A stretch of 64,000 nt of DNA. It comes from Limnothrix sp. BL-A-16 (lineage in GTDB: Bacteria > Cyanobacteriota > Cyanobacteriia > CACIAM-69d). Below are positions 29,110 through 38,609 of the stretch, piece by piece (position 1 is the first letter of the stretch; every line of letters starts with the position of its first letter). Position numbers and translations under genes: made by a program. Below the pieces are notes generated by a model. The model ran no database searches. It was not told the DNA's origin and worked only from the letters and a program-made list of their open reading frames with translations. The DNA lies in assembly GCA_041937175.2 (NCBI GenBank), contig CP166615.1, forward strand, positions 352,001 to 416,000, given 5' to 3'.

Positions 29110-29757
29110 ATGGTTGATGTCATGGATTCCCGCTATCTTTCTCCCGCAGAGTTTCTTGCTTGGGAAGCACAACAACCATGGCGGCATGAATACCTCAACG
29201 GTCGAGTCTATGCCCGCGCTGACAGCACGCTAGATCACAACACGATCGCTACGAATTTCGTGATTGCGCTGAAGCTTCATCTACGTCATCTGCGTGGTAA
29301 ATCCTGCGGAGTGTTCATCAGTGAAGTGCAGGTGCATGTTTCAGAAAAAGGGCCCTATTTCTATCCCGATGTTGTGGTCAGTTGTGACCCTCGAGATTTG
29401 CAATCAAACCAAGCCATTCAATATCCCTGCTTAATTGCAGAAGTGTTATCGCCCGGAACTGCTGAGTTCGATCGCGACCAAAAGTTTCAGCAATATGCCC
29501 GCATGGAATCCCTCAAGGAATATGTGTTGATTAGCAGCGATCGCCCGGCCCTCGATCGCTACTATCGACCCGAGGGTGCGGCCCCAAATTGCTGGGAGTT
29601 AACCCGTTACGGGGCGATCGACTTTAATCCCAAAATCCTGACCCCCGATGAGCAACAGCGCTCACTGTCGGAAATGTCGTTTGAACTACAAAGTTTGGGA
29701 TTTTCAGACACATTGGCCATGATCTATGAAGCGGTGCAATGGGGGACAGGGGATTAA
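29110..29757 (+). CDS. Uma2 family putative endonuclease
   Basis: EFLAWE...HEY.NG.VYA, YFYPDVVVSCD, EVLSPGT..FDR..KF..Y..SLKEYVLI. Confidence 0.9.
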   Translation: MVDVMDSRYLSPAEFLAWEAQQPWRHEYLNGRVYARADSTLDHNTIATNFVIALKLHLRHLRGKSCGVFISEVQVHVSEKGPYFYPDVVVSCDPRDLQSNQAIQYPCLIAEVLSPGTAEFDRDQKFQQYARMESLKEYVLISSDRPALDRYYRPEGAAPNCWELTRYGAIDFNPKILTPDEQQRSLSEMSFELQSLGFSDTLAMIYEAVQWGTGD

Positions 29758-29805
29758 TCTCCTGTTGCACCGTTTTGGCGGATTTGGCGGATACGACATT
29801 GGCAG

Positions 29806-31872
29806 ATGCAAAATTCGCAGATGCAAACGGTGCTGTCTGACGGTTTCTTGGTTTGTGGGCTAGGCAATTTAGGACAACATTGTGTTGCGGCCTTGGCAAA
29901 TTTTGGGGTGCGTGTTCGGGCGATCGAGCAAACCATTCCGAGCGGGTGGGATGTGCCCGACTTGCCGGCCATGCTGGAACAGGTGATTGAGGGGGATTTT
30001 TGTCGATCGAGCATTTTGCTGCTGGCGGGGATTGCCGATTGTCGAGCCATTTTGCTGCTGGCGGGGGACGATCGCATCAACCTGAAGGCGGCCCTGGCGG
30101 CGCGGTTGCTGAATCCGGCGGTGCGGCTGGTGGTGCGCTCCAACCGTCCCCACTTGAATGACTTGCTGGCGCGGCAGTTCGGCAACTTTGTGGCCTTTGA
30201 GCCTTCGCGGTTGTCGGCTATGGCCTTTGCCCTGGCCGCGTTGCAGGATCAGACGATCGGGGCGTTTGAAATCAACGGCGTGGCCTACCGGGTGCGCCAG
30301 CGATCGCTCCAGGCGGATGATCCTTGGTTGGGGGACATTCCCGCAAACCTCAACAATCGATCGCGCTTGATTTTGGGTCACTGGAGCGGTTCGTTGCCCC
30401 TGCCTCCCGATCCGCTGTTCTACGGGTCTGGCATTATGGATCCCTTCCAACTCGGTGATTGGGTGGCCTATGTGGAAATGCGGCGCGGGGGCCGTTGGCA
30501 TGAGTGGGAGGCGGCCGCAGCGCTGCACTCGTCCCGGCGATCTCTGACTCCTGCACCGCGATCAACACCGCGTTGGCAACTGCTGCGATCGCTTCAGCAG
30601 GCTGCGCGATCGCTCCTCCATCGCAGTCGGCTGTTGCAGATCGCCCTGATCTATGCCGGAGCCGTGCTGGGCTTGCTGCTGCTGGGAACCGTAATTTTGC
30701 GGCACTACTCGCCCTACCGCGATTGGTTTGATGCCTTTTGCAACACGGCTTTGTTGCTGCTGGGGGGCTATGCCGATTTGTTTGGTGATCCTGCTCAGGC
30801 CAGTGCTGTGCCTCGCTGGCTGCGTTTGTTTGGGTTTAGCCTGACGGTGGTGGGCACGGGCCTGGTGGGCGTGCTCTACGCGCTGCTGACGGAGCGGCTG
30901 TTGTCGCTGCGGTTGCGGTTTTCTCCCAGTCGCCCCCGCCTGCCGGACAAGGATCATGTGCTGGTGGTGGGGATGGGACAGGTGGGACAGCAAATTGCTC
31001 GCCTGCTGTTGCAGTCTGGGCAGTCGGTGGCGGGGCTGACGCGCCAGGGACTGGATGACAATACCTTGGGTGATTTGCCGCTGATGGTGGGGAAGTTGCC
31101 GGATACGCTGGATCGGGTGGAGCTGGAACGGGCTAAGTCGATCGTCTTTGCCACCGATGATGAAATTGCCAATTTGGAAATGGCGTTAATGGTGCGCCAA
31201 GCGTCGCTCTCCACGGGCTTGGTGATTCGCACGTTTGATCGCGCCTTTAGTGACACCTTGGTGGGGCTGTTGCCCGATGCCCAGGTGCTTTGTGCCTATG
31301 CCCTGGCGGCGGAAGCCTTTGCGGGGGCGGCCTTTGGTGAAAATATTCTCAGTCTCTACCGCTGGGGACGCACCACGATGCTGGTGGCGGAATATCGGAT
31401 TGAGCCGGGCGATACCCTAGTGGATTTGCTGTTGGCGGAGTTTGCCTGTGGCTATGGCGCTGTTCCCTTGCTGCATGAGCGGGTGGGTCGTAAGGCGTTC
31501 GAGGATGGGGAACTGGACTTTCCGCGCCTTGATCGCCACTTGCGATCGGGCGATCGCCTGGTGGTGTTGGCTTCCATTGAAGGTTTGCGGCGGATTGAGC
31601 GGGGCGAGCTGGCTCCCCGGCTGTGGTGTGTGCGGTTGCATTCCGCCAGTCCCCAAGCGGACTTTGAGGGGGCCAATGCGATCGCCCGCATCACCGGGTG
31701 CAGCTTGGCCCATGCGCGATCGCTGTTTCAGCGGTTGCCTACCTTGGTGGAAGCGGGCGAGCCACCCACGGTTTGTGCGATGTATGAATATCAGGCGCGA
31801 TCGCTGGTGACCAGTTTGCGACAGCGGTTAGTCAATGCGGAAGCCCTTTGCTGGGCGACGGATTTGGAATAA
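29806..31872 (+). CDS. TrkA/RCK-domain potassium-channel-like protein
   Basis: Two Rossmann RCK starts (VCGLGNLG, VVGMGQVG) flanking TM-pore-TM with GGYAD; TrkA_C-like segments. Confidence 0.85.
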   Translation: MQNSQMQTVLSDGFLVCGLGNLGQHCVAALANFGVRVRAIEQTIPSGWDVPDLPAMLEQVIEGDFCRSSILLLAGIADCRAILLLAGDDRINLKAALAARLLNPAVRLVVRSNRPHLNDLLARQFGNFVAFEPSRLSAMAFALAALQDQTIGAFEINGVAYRVRQRSLQADDPWLGDIPANLNNRSRLILGHWSGSLPLPPDPLFYGSGIMDPFQLGDWVAYVEMRRGGRWHEWEAAAALHSSRRSLTPAPRSTPRWQLLRSLQQAARSLLHRSRLLQIALIYAGAVLGLLLLGTVILRHYSPYRDWFDAFCNTALLLLGGYADLFGDPAQASAVPRWLRLFGFSLTVVGTGLVGVLYALLTERLLSLRLRFSPSRPRLPDKDHVLVVGMGQVGQQIARLLLQSGQSVAGLTRQGLDDNTLGDLPLMVGKLPDTLDRVELERAKSIVFATDDEIANLEMALMVRQASLSTGLVIRTFDRAFSDTLVGLLPDAQVLCAYALAAEAFAGAAFGENILSLYRWGRTTMLVAEYRIEPGDTLVDLLLAEFACGYGAVPLLHERVGRKAFEDGELDFPRLDRHLRSGDRLVVLASIEGLRRIERGELAPRLWCVRLHSASPQADFEGANAIARITGCSLAHARSLFQRLPTLVEAGEPPTVCAMYEYQARSLVTSLRQRLVNAEALCWATDLE

Positions 31873-31894
31873 TGCGCGCGATCGCTTGGAGACT

Positions 31895-32515
31895 CTACGC
31901 AAGATCTGGAGCCAGATGAGCTGCTTGCCAGATTTGCTCGATCGTAATCGCTGGCTGCTGATCGGCCGATTGCTGGCCCATGGTTGAAAGAATAGGTGAC
32001 TGAATTAAGCCGGATGGATCTTGGGAAATTTCGTCATATAACCCTTCTTGTAATTGCAGAATAGTCAAGCGATTTTCGAGGGGATCCACAATCCAATATT
32101 CAGGAATTCCCGCTGCGGCATATTCCGATCGCTTGTAGCGGTAATCCCGCCCGATCGAATCCAAGCTGACAATTTCCACAGCGAGCAAGGGCGGCGTTTC
32201 AAAAACCGCCGATCGCCCCGCTAATTCCTGCACCTGCTCCCGCTGCACCACGCATAGATCCACCACGCGCGATCGCCTAAATCCCGTCCTGACTCCGATT
32301 TCAGAAAATACCAGCCAAGGCAGATTAGCCTGCTGAATCGCCTGTTCAAAGTAATGGGTTAGAAACTTGGCAATCAAAAAGTGCTCGATTTTGGGTGGAT
32401 TCATGGGAATTAGTTCACCATCCACAAATTCATAACGAACATCACTGGCTGCGTCATCGGTTTGATAATTGAGATAGTCCTCAAAGGTCAAGAGGCGATC
32501 GCGAGTTATAACCAT
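31895..32515 (-). CDS. Uma2 family putative endonuclease
   Basis: LTFEDYL, RYEFVDGEL, PLLAVEIVS, RDYRYKRSEYAA.GIPEYWIVDP. Confidence 0.92.
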   Translation of the reverse strand: MVITRDRLLTFEDYLNYQTDDAASDVRYEFVDGELIPMNPPKIEHFLIAKFLTHYFEQAIQQANLPWLVFSEIGVRTGFRRSRVVDLCVVQREQVQELAGRSAVFETPPLLAVEIVSLDSIGRDYRYKRSEYAAAGIPEYWIVDPLENRLTILQLQEGLYDEISQDPSGLIQSPILSTMGQQSADQQPAITIEQIWQAAHLAPDLA

Positions 32516-32653
32516 CGAGTTCTGTCCTGATGTTGGCTATTTTGGTTCTTGCTTGAAATCTTGATTTCATTGAAATTTGAGATGGTTTGGAACTCTGGCT
32601 GATTGTGATTTTGGTTGGTGATTATTGTGATTTTAAGTAACTTGAATTGACAG

Positions 32654-35119
32654 TTATTCAATTGCTAAATGCTGGAAGGTTAGCGTGATCGGGCGGTTGC
32701 CAGCCGCAGGAATTTGATCGCGCAGAGTGATGGATTGTTCATAAACCAAGCATAGCTGACTCCTGCCGGCTGGTAAGGTGATCGGTAAGTTCAAATCCAG
32801 AGTTTGGTTACGGGATAAAAGTTCACTGCGCCACAGGAGTTCATCATCTAAAAAGATGCTGAGTCGCTGACTGGTCACAGGCACTGTCGCTTGAATTTTG
32901 AGCTGTCGAGTTTGAGACCGATCGCTCTGCAAATCCAGGACAGTCATGGGGGCCAAACCCCAGCGTTGACCCCGGCGATTGCGATCTAACCCGCCGCGAA
33001 TTTCCACACCGCGCACAGTTCCGAACTGCACGAGGTCCAGCTCCGGCATGGTGGTTTTCAGGGGGGCGGCTTCCGGATCCAGGCGATCGCGATTGGCAGG
33101 ATCTGGGCTGACGGGGGCTGGGTCAAGGAAGGGCGAGAAACGCAACAGTCGCGCCTGATCCAAATCGACGAGGCCTTGCCAGGGGGCTGGCTTGGGAATA
33201 AACACCACACGCCCCATGCCCGGCACGGTGGTTTTGGCGATCGGGTGGCCCAATTGGGCATAAAACTCCCTTTCGCATCCCCGAGCCAGGCGATCAACAT
33301 AGAGATTAATGCCCGCAAAATCGCCTAATTGAAAGAATCGCCGAAAAAACTCCCACTCATCCCTGCGAAAACAGCGGCGCTGGCGTTGGGTTTGGTTTAA
33401 ATCTGGATGATCGGGCAGGGCCAAATATTGCCAACCGGCTTCGAGGTAGGGGGTGAGCTGGCTGGGATGCAATCGCCCCAAATATTGCCCCACGGTGGCT
33501 TTGTGGTGAAACCGGCTAAGGGCGTGGGTGCTGGGATTATGGGCAAAAAAAGGGCAGGTGCCATCGCCACTGCCCACGCCGTTTCCCCCTGTTACGCAAA
33601 AGGGCCAGTCCAAAACAGCCGTGCCCGGCTGCTGGGCCACTAGGGCCATGTAAGGCTGAAAGCTGGGGTCTAGGGGTTGTTCGCGAGGTTTGAGGCCATA
33701 ACCGCCGATCAAATCCAGCAAGCAGATCCCTGCCACGGCCCAGGCGGCCCAGCGGTTCCATTGCCGCGATCGGGCCGATCGACCCGCATCCGGTTGCCAA
33801 CCCAGGCTGCATAGGGCCAGAGCGATCGGGAAGACCACCGTGCCCCGTCCGGCCACGCGATTAAACGAAAACCAGGGAAACCATTGCAAAATCGGTAAAT
33901 CCCAGGGGCGATAGGCCATTAAACAGCCCATCAACAAACCCAGGGGCACAAACGCCGCCCACCAGCGCCGCCGTTGCCAGCAGCCGATCGCCCCCGCTAG
34001 CAACAGCCCCCAACCAACCACCCCATCAAAGTCTGTTTCCAAGGGGCTGGGCAGCACAGCTCGCCACCAGCCAGCCGCCGCGATCGGGTTGATTTGAGGC
34101 CAATAGGGAGCCAGAAGGCGCAGGGGATGGGCAAACCAAGCCCGATCGAAGCTGTTGCTCCAGTCCAATTCCTTGGCTAACTGCACGATGGGAATCACCG
34201 GCAGCAGATATAACCAAGCGGCCCAAATGATCAGGGCGATCAATCCCCACTCGATCGGGCGGAAGGGCGGCCAGCCATAAATCCAATAGCCAAGCCGGAG
34301 CTGCCAATCTGGGTTCTTTTCGCTTTGGTTGGCATCGGCAGCCCGCTCAATCGCTGGGGTTCGCCACCGCCACCACCTCACCGCCAACATCCATCCTCCC
34401 GACAGCACCAGCGACAGCAGCCCAAACCCCGCCACATAGCCCAAGTCTTGGCCCAAACTGAGGAGCACCAACGCCACGCGCCCCAGCCACCAGGCCCGCC
34501 CGATCGCCCGGCCCCGCACAAATCGCCACACCAACACAAAATCCGTGGCCAGGCTCAGACCCAGCCAATGGACGATCGCCATGTTGCTATGGAACGGAAA
34601 CTTACAAATCAGGGCGTAGATGTTCAAAAACACCGCCCCGATCGCCGTCAAAATTGCCCGCCGTTCCCCAAAGTCCGGTTGCAAAATCCGCGCGATGCCA
34701 AAGAGGGCGATCGCCACCGACAGCAGAAAATATAGTTTTAGCCAAGGGCCCGCTCCACCCAGGCTGAAGAGCAAGGCATAGAACAAATCCCGCTCCAGAC
34801 CCCAGGCCTGAAGAGCCACTTGCCCCCCGTAGGGATAAAACGCCCGATCGCTGACTAAATCGATGTGCGGCAGGGGCCACCAGTGCCAATGCTCCCGCAC
34901 ATAAAATCCCATCGCTTCCCAGAGATCCGTGTCCCCCGCTCCCACCACCGGGAGCCAAGGCTGGGGCCCCAAAATCAAACCCCCCAGCAGACCATACAAC
35001 AGCGCCGCCAACCACCACCCCTGAGGATGTCGTGTGCGGGCGCTGCGCCAGGCCGCTGCCAGGGCCTTGGTCTTAGTCTTGAATATATTCCGCACCGGTG
35101 GCCAAAGCCTGTTCTGCAC
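32654..35119 (-). CDS. Large polytopic membrane protein, possibly GT-C/YfhO-like glycosyltransferase (start uncertain)
   Basis: Roughly 10-12 Trp-rich TM segments, acidic GDTD after the first TM, FYPYG and R..GR motifs, soluble C-terminal domains. Confidence 0.6.
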   Translation of the reverse strand: MQNRLWPPVRNIFKTKTKALAAAWRSARTRHPQGWWLAALLYGLLGGLILGPQPWLPVVGAGDTDLWEAMGFYVREHWHWWPLPHIDLVSDRAFYPYGGQVALQAWGLERDLFYALLFSLGGAGPWLKLYFLLSVAIALFGIARILQPDFGERRAILTAIGAVFLNIYALICKFPFHSNMAIVHWLGLSLATDFVLVWRFVRGRAIGRAWWLGRVALVLLSLGQDLGYVAGFGLLSLVLSGGWMLAVRWWRWRTPAIERAADANQSEKNPDWQLRLGYWIYGWPPFRPIEWGLIALIIWAAWLYLLPVIPIVQLAKELDWSNSFDRAWFAHPLRLLAPYWPQINPIAAAGWWRAVLPSPLETDFDGVVGWGLLLAGAIGCWQRRRWWAAFVPLGLLMGCLMAYRPWDLPILQWFPWFSFNRVAGRGTVVFPIALALCSLGWQPDAGRSARSRQWNRWAAWAVAGICLLDLIGGYGLKPREQPLDPSFQPYMALVAQQPGTAVLDWPFCVTGGNGVGSGDGTCPFFAHNPSTHALSRFHHKATVGQYLGRLHPSQLTPYLEAGWQYLALPDHPDLNQTQRQRRCFRRDEWEFFRRFFQLGDFAGINLYVDRLARGCEREFYAQLGHPIAKTTVPGMGRVVFIPKPAPWQGLVDLDQARLLRFSPFLDPAPVSPDPANRDRLDPEAAPLKTTMPELDLVQFGTVRGVEIRGGLDRNRRGQRWGLAPMTVLDLQSDRSQTRQLKIQATVPVTSQRLSIFLDDELLWRSELLSRNQTLDLNLPITLPAGRSQLCLVYEQSITLRDQIPAAGNRPITLTFQHLAIE

Positions 35120-35471
35120 GCATGAACTCTCGGCCTAAATAAGCTGCATGATCCAGCATTGAAACCGGTATCGGCTGGGTTTGTTCGAGCAATTTCACAC
35201 AGAGTTCCTTGGCGGTGCGTCCGGTATAGAGGGCCTCGGCCGTGCGCGGAACAGAACCCTTCGCCGGAATCACCTTGCCGGTGACCGGATCCGTGGCCAA
35301 GCCCCGATCGTTAATCACGGTGCTGTAGTGTTTGGCGCAAATTAAGGCCTGTTCCCGATCGAGGTAGATCACGAAATAGCCAGCCGGGTCAAGGTCTAAA
35401 GGCCGTTGGGATAATTCATCGTCGATCGCTTGGCGTGTTTCCACAGAATTGAGGGTCATATCAACTGACAT
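35073..35471 (-). CDS. DUF4346 domain protein
   Basis: LDPAGYF.I, GRTAKEL, LDHAAYLGRE..RAE.AL..G.EYIQD. Confidence 0.88.
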   Translation of the reverse strand: MSVDMTLNSVETRQAIDDELSQRPLDLDPAGYFVIYLDREQALICAKHYSTVINDRGLATDPVTGKVIPAKGSVPRTAEALYTGRTAKELCVKLLEQTQPIPVSMLDHAAYLGREFMRAEQALATGAEYIQD

Positions 35472-35516
35472 ATTGACGGGTAGATGAATGGATCAATTAT
35501 CAGATGAATTTGATGC

Positions 35517-36641
35517 CTAATCACGATTCACATTGCCAAGCTGCGACGAAATAAACCGATCCATCCAACCGTTCAAGTAGGCAATATTAGCCGATTGATG
35601 GGCCGGGTCAACTGACTCCAGGGGATGGGGAGCCAAGCCACGCAGCGCCGCCGTGGTGACACAATACATGGACTTTTGAAATGATTGGCAAATTTTCACC
35701 AATAAATCGTCTTCATGGCGCAGGCTATTTTCATAGAATTGATGCAAATAATCGGGCACAAAATGCCGCATGTCCTGCATCAGAAGGGTCGGCGGAATAC
35801 CTGCGCCGCCCACGGGCAATGGGTCAGCGTAGAGCGCACCATAGGCGAAATCTCCCTGTTCGGTGGGGATGCGGGCCGCTTGGGCATTGTAGGAAATCGT
35901 GCCACTGAAGGGGGTTCCTCGGAAAAAGACCGCCTCCACGTAGGGCACAGCCGCATCCATCAGGAAGGTCATCTTGGCCGATCGGGGCACAATGTCATAG
36001 GTCACCCCGCCCAATTCCACGGCATATTCGATCGGGGAATTGGCCCCCGCCACCAGACCATCTTGGATATGTTGAACCACCTGGGGAATGGTGGTGATTT
36101 TGCGGCGATCGTACTGATCTGAAAGGCTCATGAACATGTCGCTCATGATTCGCCAAAATTGCCCCAAGGCTCGGTAATAGGCTAATTGCCGCACTTGCTC
36201 TAGCAGAAATTCAGGAAAGAGCTGATCCATTCCCAGGACGATCGGGTTTTTGGCGAAACGGGCCCGAATGGCTTTTTGAGCAAGGGCAATAAATTCTGGT
36301 GAATCTAGATAGTGATCGTAGCGGCCGCCCCCATGCCAGAACATGGCTTTCATGCAATATTCGGCATATTCAAAATTGATTCGATCGTGCTGCCAATGTT
36401 TCAGTAACTTTGGCAACGAGATTTCGCCATTAAAGTATTTAAAAAACGGGAAGAATCGCAAAAATTGATGTAGAGCAATATAGTTTAGGTTATTAGAATA
36501 GGCATCTAAAACAATGCCGTAGCTATGCAAAATGCCCACCACTTCCAGCACGTTGCTGGGGCTGTCTTTCAGCAGTGCTTCCCCTTGCAAGAGCTGCTCG
36601 ATCGTGCTGTTCAGGGGATGGGTGGCAGTCATAGAGAGCAT
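35517..36641 (-). CDS. cupB: CO2 hydration protein CupB (ChpX)
   Basis: EVVGIL.SYG.VLDAYS.NL, HDRINFEYAEYC, GIPPTLLMQDM.H; 374 aa, and position after ndhF4/ndhD4 next to ccmK. Confidence 0.92.
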   Translation of the reverse strand: MLSMTATHPLNSTIEQLLQGEALLKDSPSNVLEVVGILHSYGIVLDAYSNNLNYIALHQFLRFFPFFKYFNGEISLPKLLKHWQHDRINFEYAEYCMKAMFWHGGGRYDHYLDSPEFIALAQKAIRARFAKNPIVLGMDQLFPEFLLEQVRQLAYYRALGQFWRIMSDMFMSLSDQYDRRKITTIPQVVQHIQDGLVAGANSPIEYAVELGGVTYDIVPRSAKMTFLMDAAVPYVEAVFFRGTPFSGTISYNAQAARIPTEQGDFAYGALYADPLPVGGAGIPPTLLMQDMRHFVPDYLHQFYENSLRHEDDLLVKICQSFQKSMYCVTTAALRGLAPHPLESVDPAHQSANIAYLNGWMDRFISSQLGNVNRD

Positions 36642-36732
36642 GGGTTAAAAACCTTAAGCTGGGGCAGGGGTATTGAAATTTGCAGTTTGAATTCGTGGCT
36701 TGAATTCGTGGCTTGGGAACTGGTAATTCTAA

Positions 36733-36866
36733 GAGGATGTCTGAAGAGCCAAAACTGTGACCTTCCGGGTCTCACCAACCGGCAAAGACAAGGGGCTTAA
36801 GCCCCTCGCCCCCATGATCACGACTAGTGCCTTGCAAGTACCCCAAGTCACTGCTCAGACATCCTC
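36733..36866. mobile_element. MITE family A copy inside the ndhD4-cupB spacer
   Basis: Perfect 12-bp TIR GAGGATGTCTGA/TCAGACATCCTC, flanks TAA/TAG, palindrome 36789-36808 (1 mismatch). Confidence 0.85.
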
Positions 36867-36993
36867 TAGCCATCTGATTATATGAGGATGCCAAAGGAGC
36901 AATCAGAATCGGCCTGCGGTTGGTGATGTTCGTGCCCGATCGCGGAGTGATGACCGGGGTGATCGGGTAGTAAAAAAACAGAGCGGTGATTAC

Positions 36994-38508
36994 TTAGGGG
37001 CTGTGATGGGCCGCTAGGGCGATCGCGGTGGTGACTGGCTCGCTCCAGTAGGCTAACCAACTGGGTTGCAAACCAAACAGGGCGATCGGGACGGCCAAAG
37101 CAATGGCCGGGGCCCGATCGAGCCAACTCACCGAAGGTAAATTGGCCACCCGCTCCGTCAGCCGCCCAAAAAATGACTGATTCAGCAAAATCAGAAAATA
37201 GACCGCCGTTAGCCCCGTGCCAACCATGCAAAGCAACGTGTAGATCGGATAGGTGGGGAAACTGCCTCGGAAGATCAAAAACTCCGCAATGAAGCCCGCC
37301 ATCCCGGGAATGCCACTACTGGCCATCACCCCCAACACCATCAGCGACCCCACCACCGGCAAGCCCCGCTGGGGATTAAACAACCCACTGAGGTCACTCA
37401 GTTGGCGAGTGCCCACCTTTTTATAAACAATCCCCACCAGCAGAAACAACAGGCCAGAAATCAAGCCATGGGCCACCATCTGAAACTCTGCACCCATGAG
37501 GCTGACGGGGGTGGCCGCCGCCGTCGCTAGCAAAATAAAGCCCATGTGACCCACGGAACTGTAGGCCACCAGGCGTTTCATATCCCCGTTGGCGATGCCT
37601 TCGGAAATGGCGGCAAAGGAACCATAGAGCACACTCACCACGGCCCAGGCGGCCATCCAAGGCGCAATTTGGCTCCAGGCTTCGGGGAACATGCCCAACC
37701 CAAACCGGATTAAGCCATAGGTTCCCAACTTCAGCAGCACGCCGGCCAGCAAAACGGAGATGGGCGTGGAGGCTTCCACGTGGGCATCGGGCAACCAGGT
37801 ATGGAGGGGAACCAGGGGAATTTTGATGCCAAAGCCCACCACAAGCAGCGCCAACAGCAAGAGTTGAGAAGCGGCGGGCAAGAGGGAGTCGGGGGCGGTG
37901 GCTTGGGCGATCGCAAATTCCCGCAGGGGTTCATAGCCAAAGGTGCTGAAACCGGCGGCGCTGGCTAGTCCTAGGAAGGCGGCCAAGATCAAAATTCCGG
38001 AAACGGCTGTGTAGATCAAAAATTTGGTGGCCGCATAGCCGCGCCGGGCCCCGCCCCAAATGGCAATCAGGAAATAGAGGGGAATGAGTTCTAGCTCATA
38101 GAACAGGAAGAACAGCAGCAGGTCTTGGGCGAGAAACGCTCCGTAGACACCGCTGGTGAGCAACAACAGCAGGCTGTAGTAAAACCGGGGGCGGTTGATG
38201 GCTTCGTTGGTGCTGAAGATGGCGATGCCGACCAGCAAGGTGTTGAGCACCACCAGCGGGAAGGACAGGCCATCAATGGCGAGGCTGTAGCTGAGGCCGA
38301 GCCGATCGATCCAGGGGAAGGACTCGATCAGCGCTAGGCGATCGGTGCTGGGGTCAAACTGGGTCACGATCACGCCGGTAACGATCGTCAGGCCAATCCA
38401 GTTCAAGATGGCCGCTTGGCGGGCCTGGGTGGCGTTGACTTTGCCGGGCCAAAGGGCGATCGCGATCGCCCCGACAATGGGAATCCAAACCAACAAACTC
38501 AGCAGCAC
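36994..38508 (-). CDS. ndhD4: NDH-1 subunit D4
   Basis: NuoM-type motifs FYELELIPLY, KIPLVPLHTWLPDAHVEA, LKLGTYG, AYSSVGHMG; lies between ndhF4 and cupB. Confidence 0.9.
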   Translation of the reverse strand: MLLSLLVWIPIVGAIAIALWPGKVNATQARQAAILNWIGLTIVTGVIVTQFDPSTDRLALIESFPWIDRLGLSYSLAIDGLSFPLVVLNTLLVGIAIFSTNEAINRPRFYYSLLLLLTSGVYGAFLAQDLLLFFLFYELELIPLYFLIAIWGGARRGYAATKFLIYTAVSGILILAAFLGLASAAGFSTFGYEPLREFAIAQATAPDSLLPAASQLLLLALLVVGFGIKIPLVPLHTWLPDAHVEASTPISVLLAGVLLKLGTYGLIRFGLGMFPEAWSQIAPWMAAWAVVSVLYGSFAAISEGIANGDMKRLVAYSSVGHMGFILLATAAATPVSLMGAEFQMVAHGLISGLLFLLVGIVYKKVGTRQLSDLSGLFNPQRGLPVVGSLMVLGVMASSGIPGMAGFIAEFLIFRGSFPTYPIYTLLCMVGTGLTAVYFLILLNQSFFGRLTERVANLPSVSWLDRAPAIALAVPIALFGLQPSWLAYWSEPVTTAIALAAHHSP

Positions 38509-38609
38509 AGTTTTTTCCTCTTTGTCTCAGCAATCGCGCGGCCGTTGATTATGCAGCCGTCTCTTTGCCGGTTATTTCCCTGATCTCCTGTTCCCTGGGC
38601 GCTCGGTTG

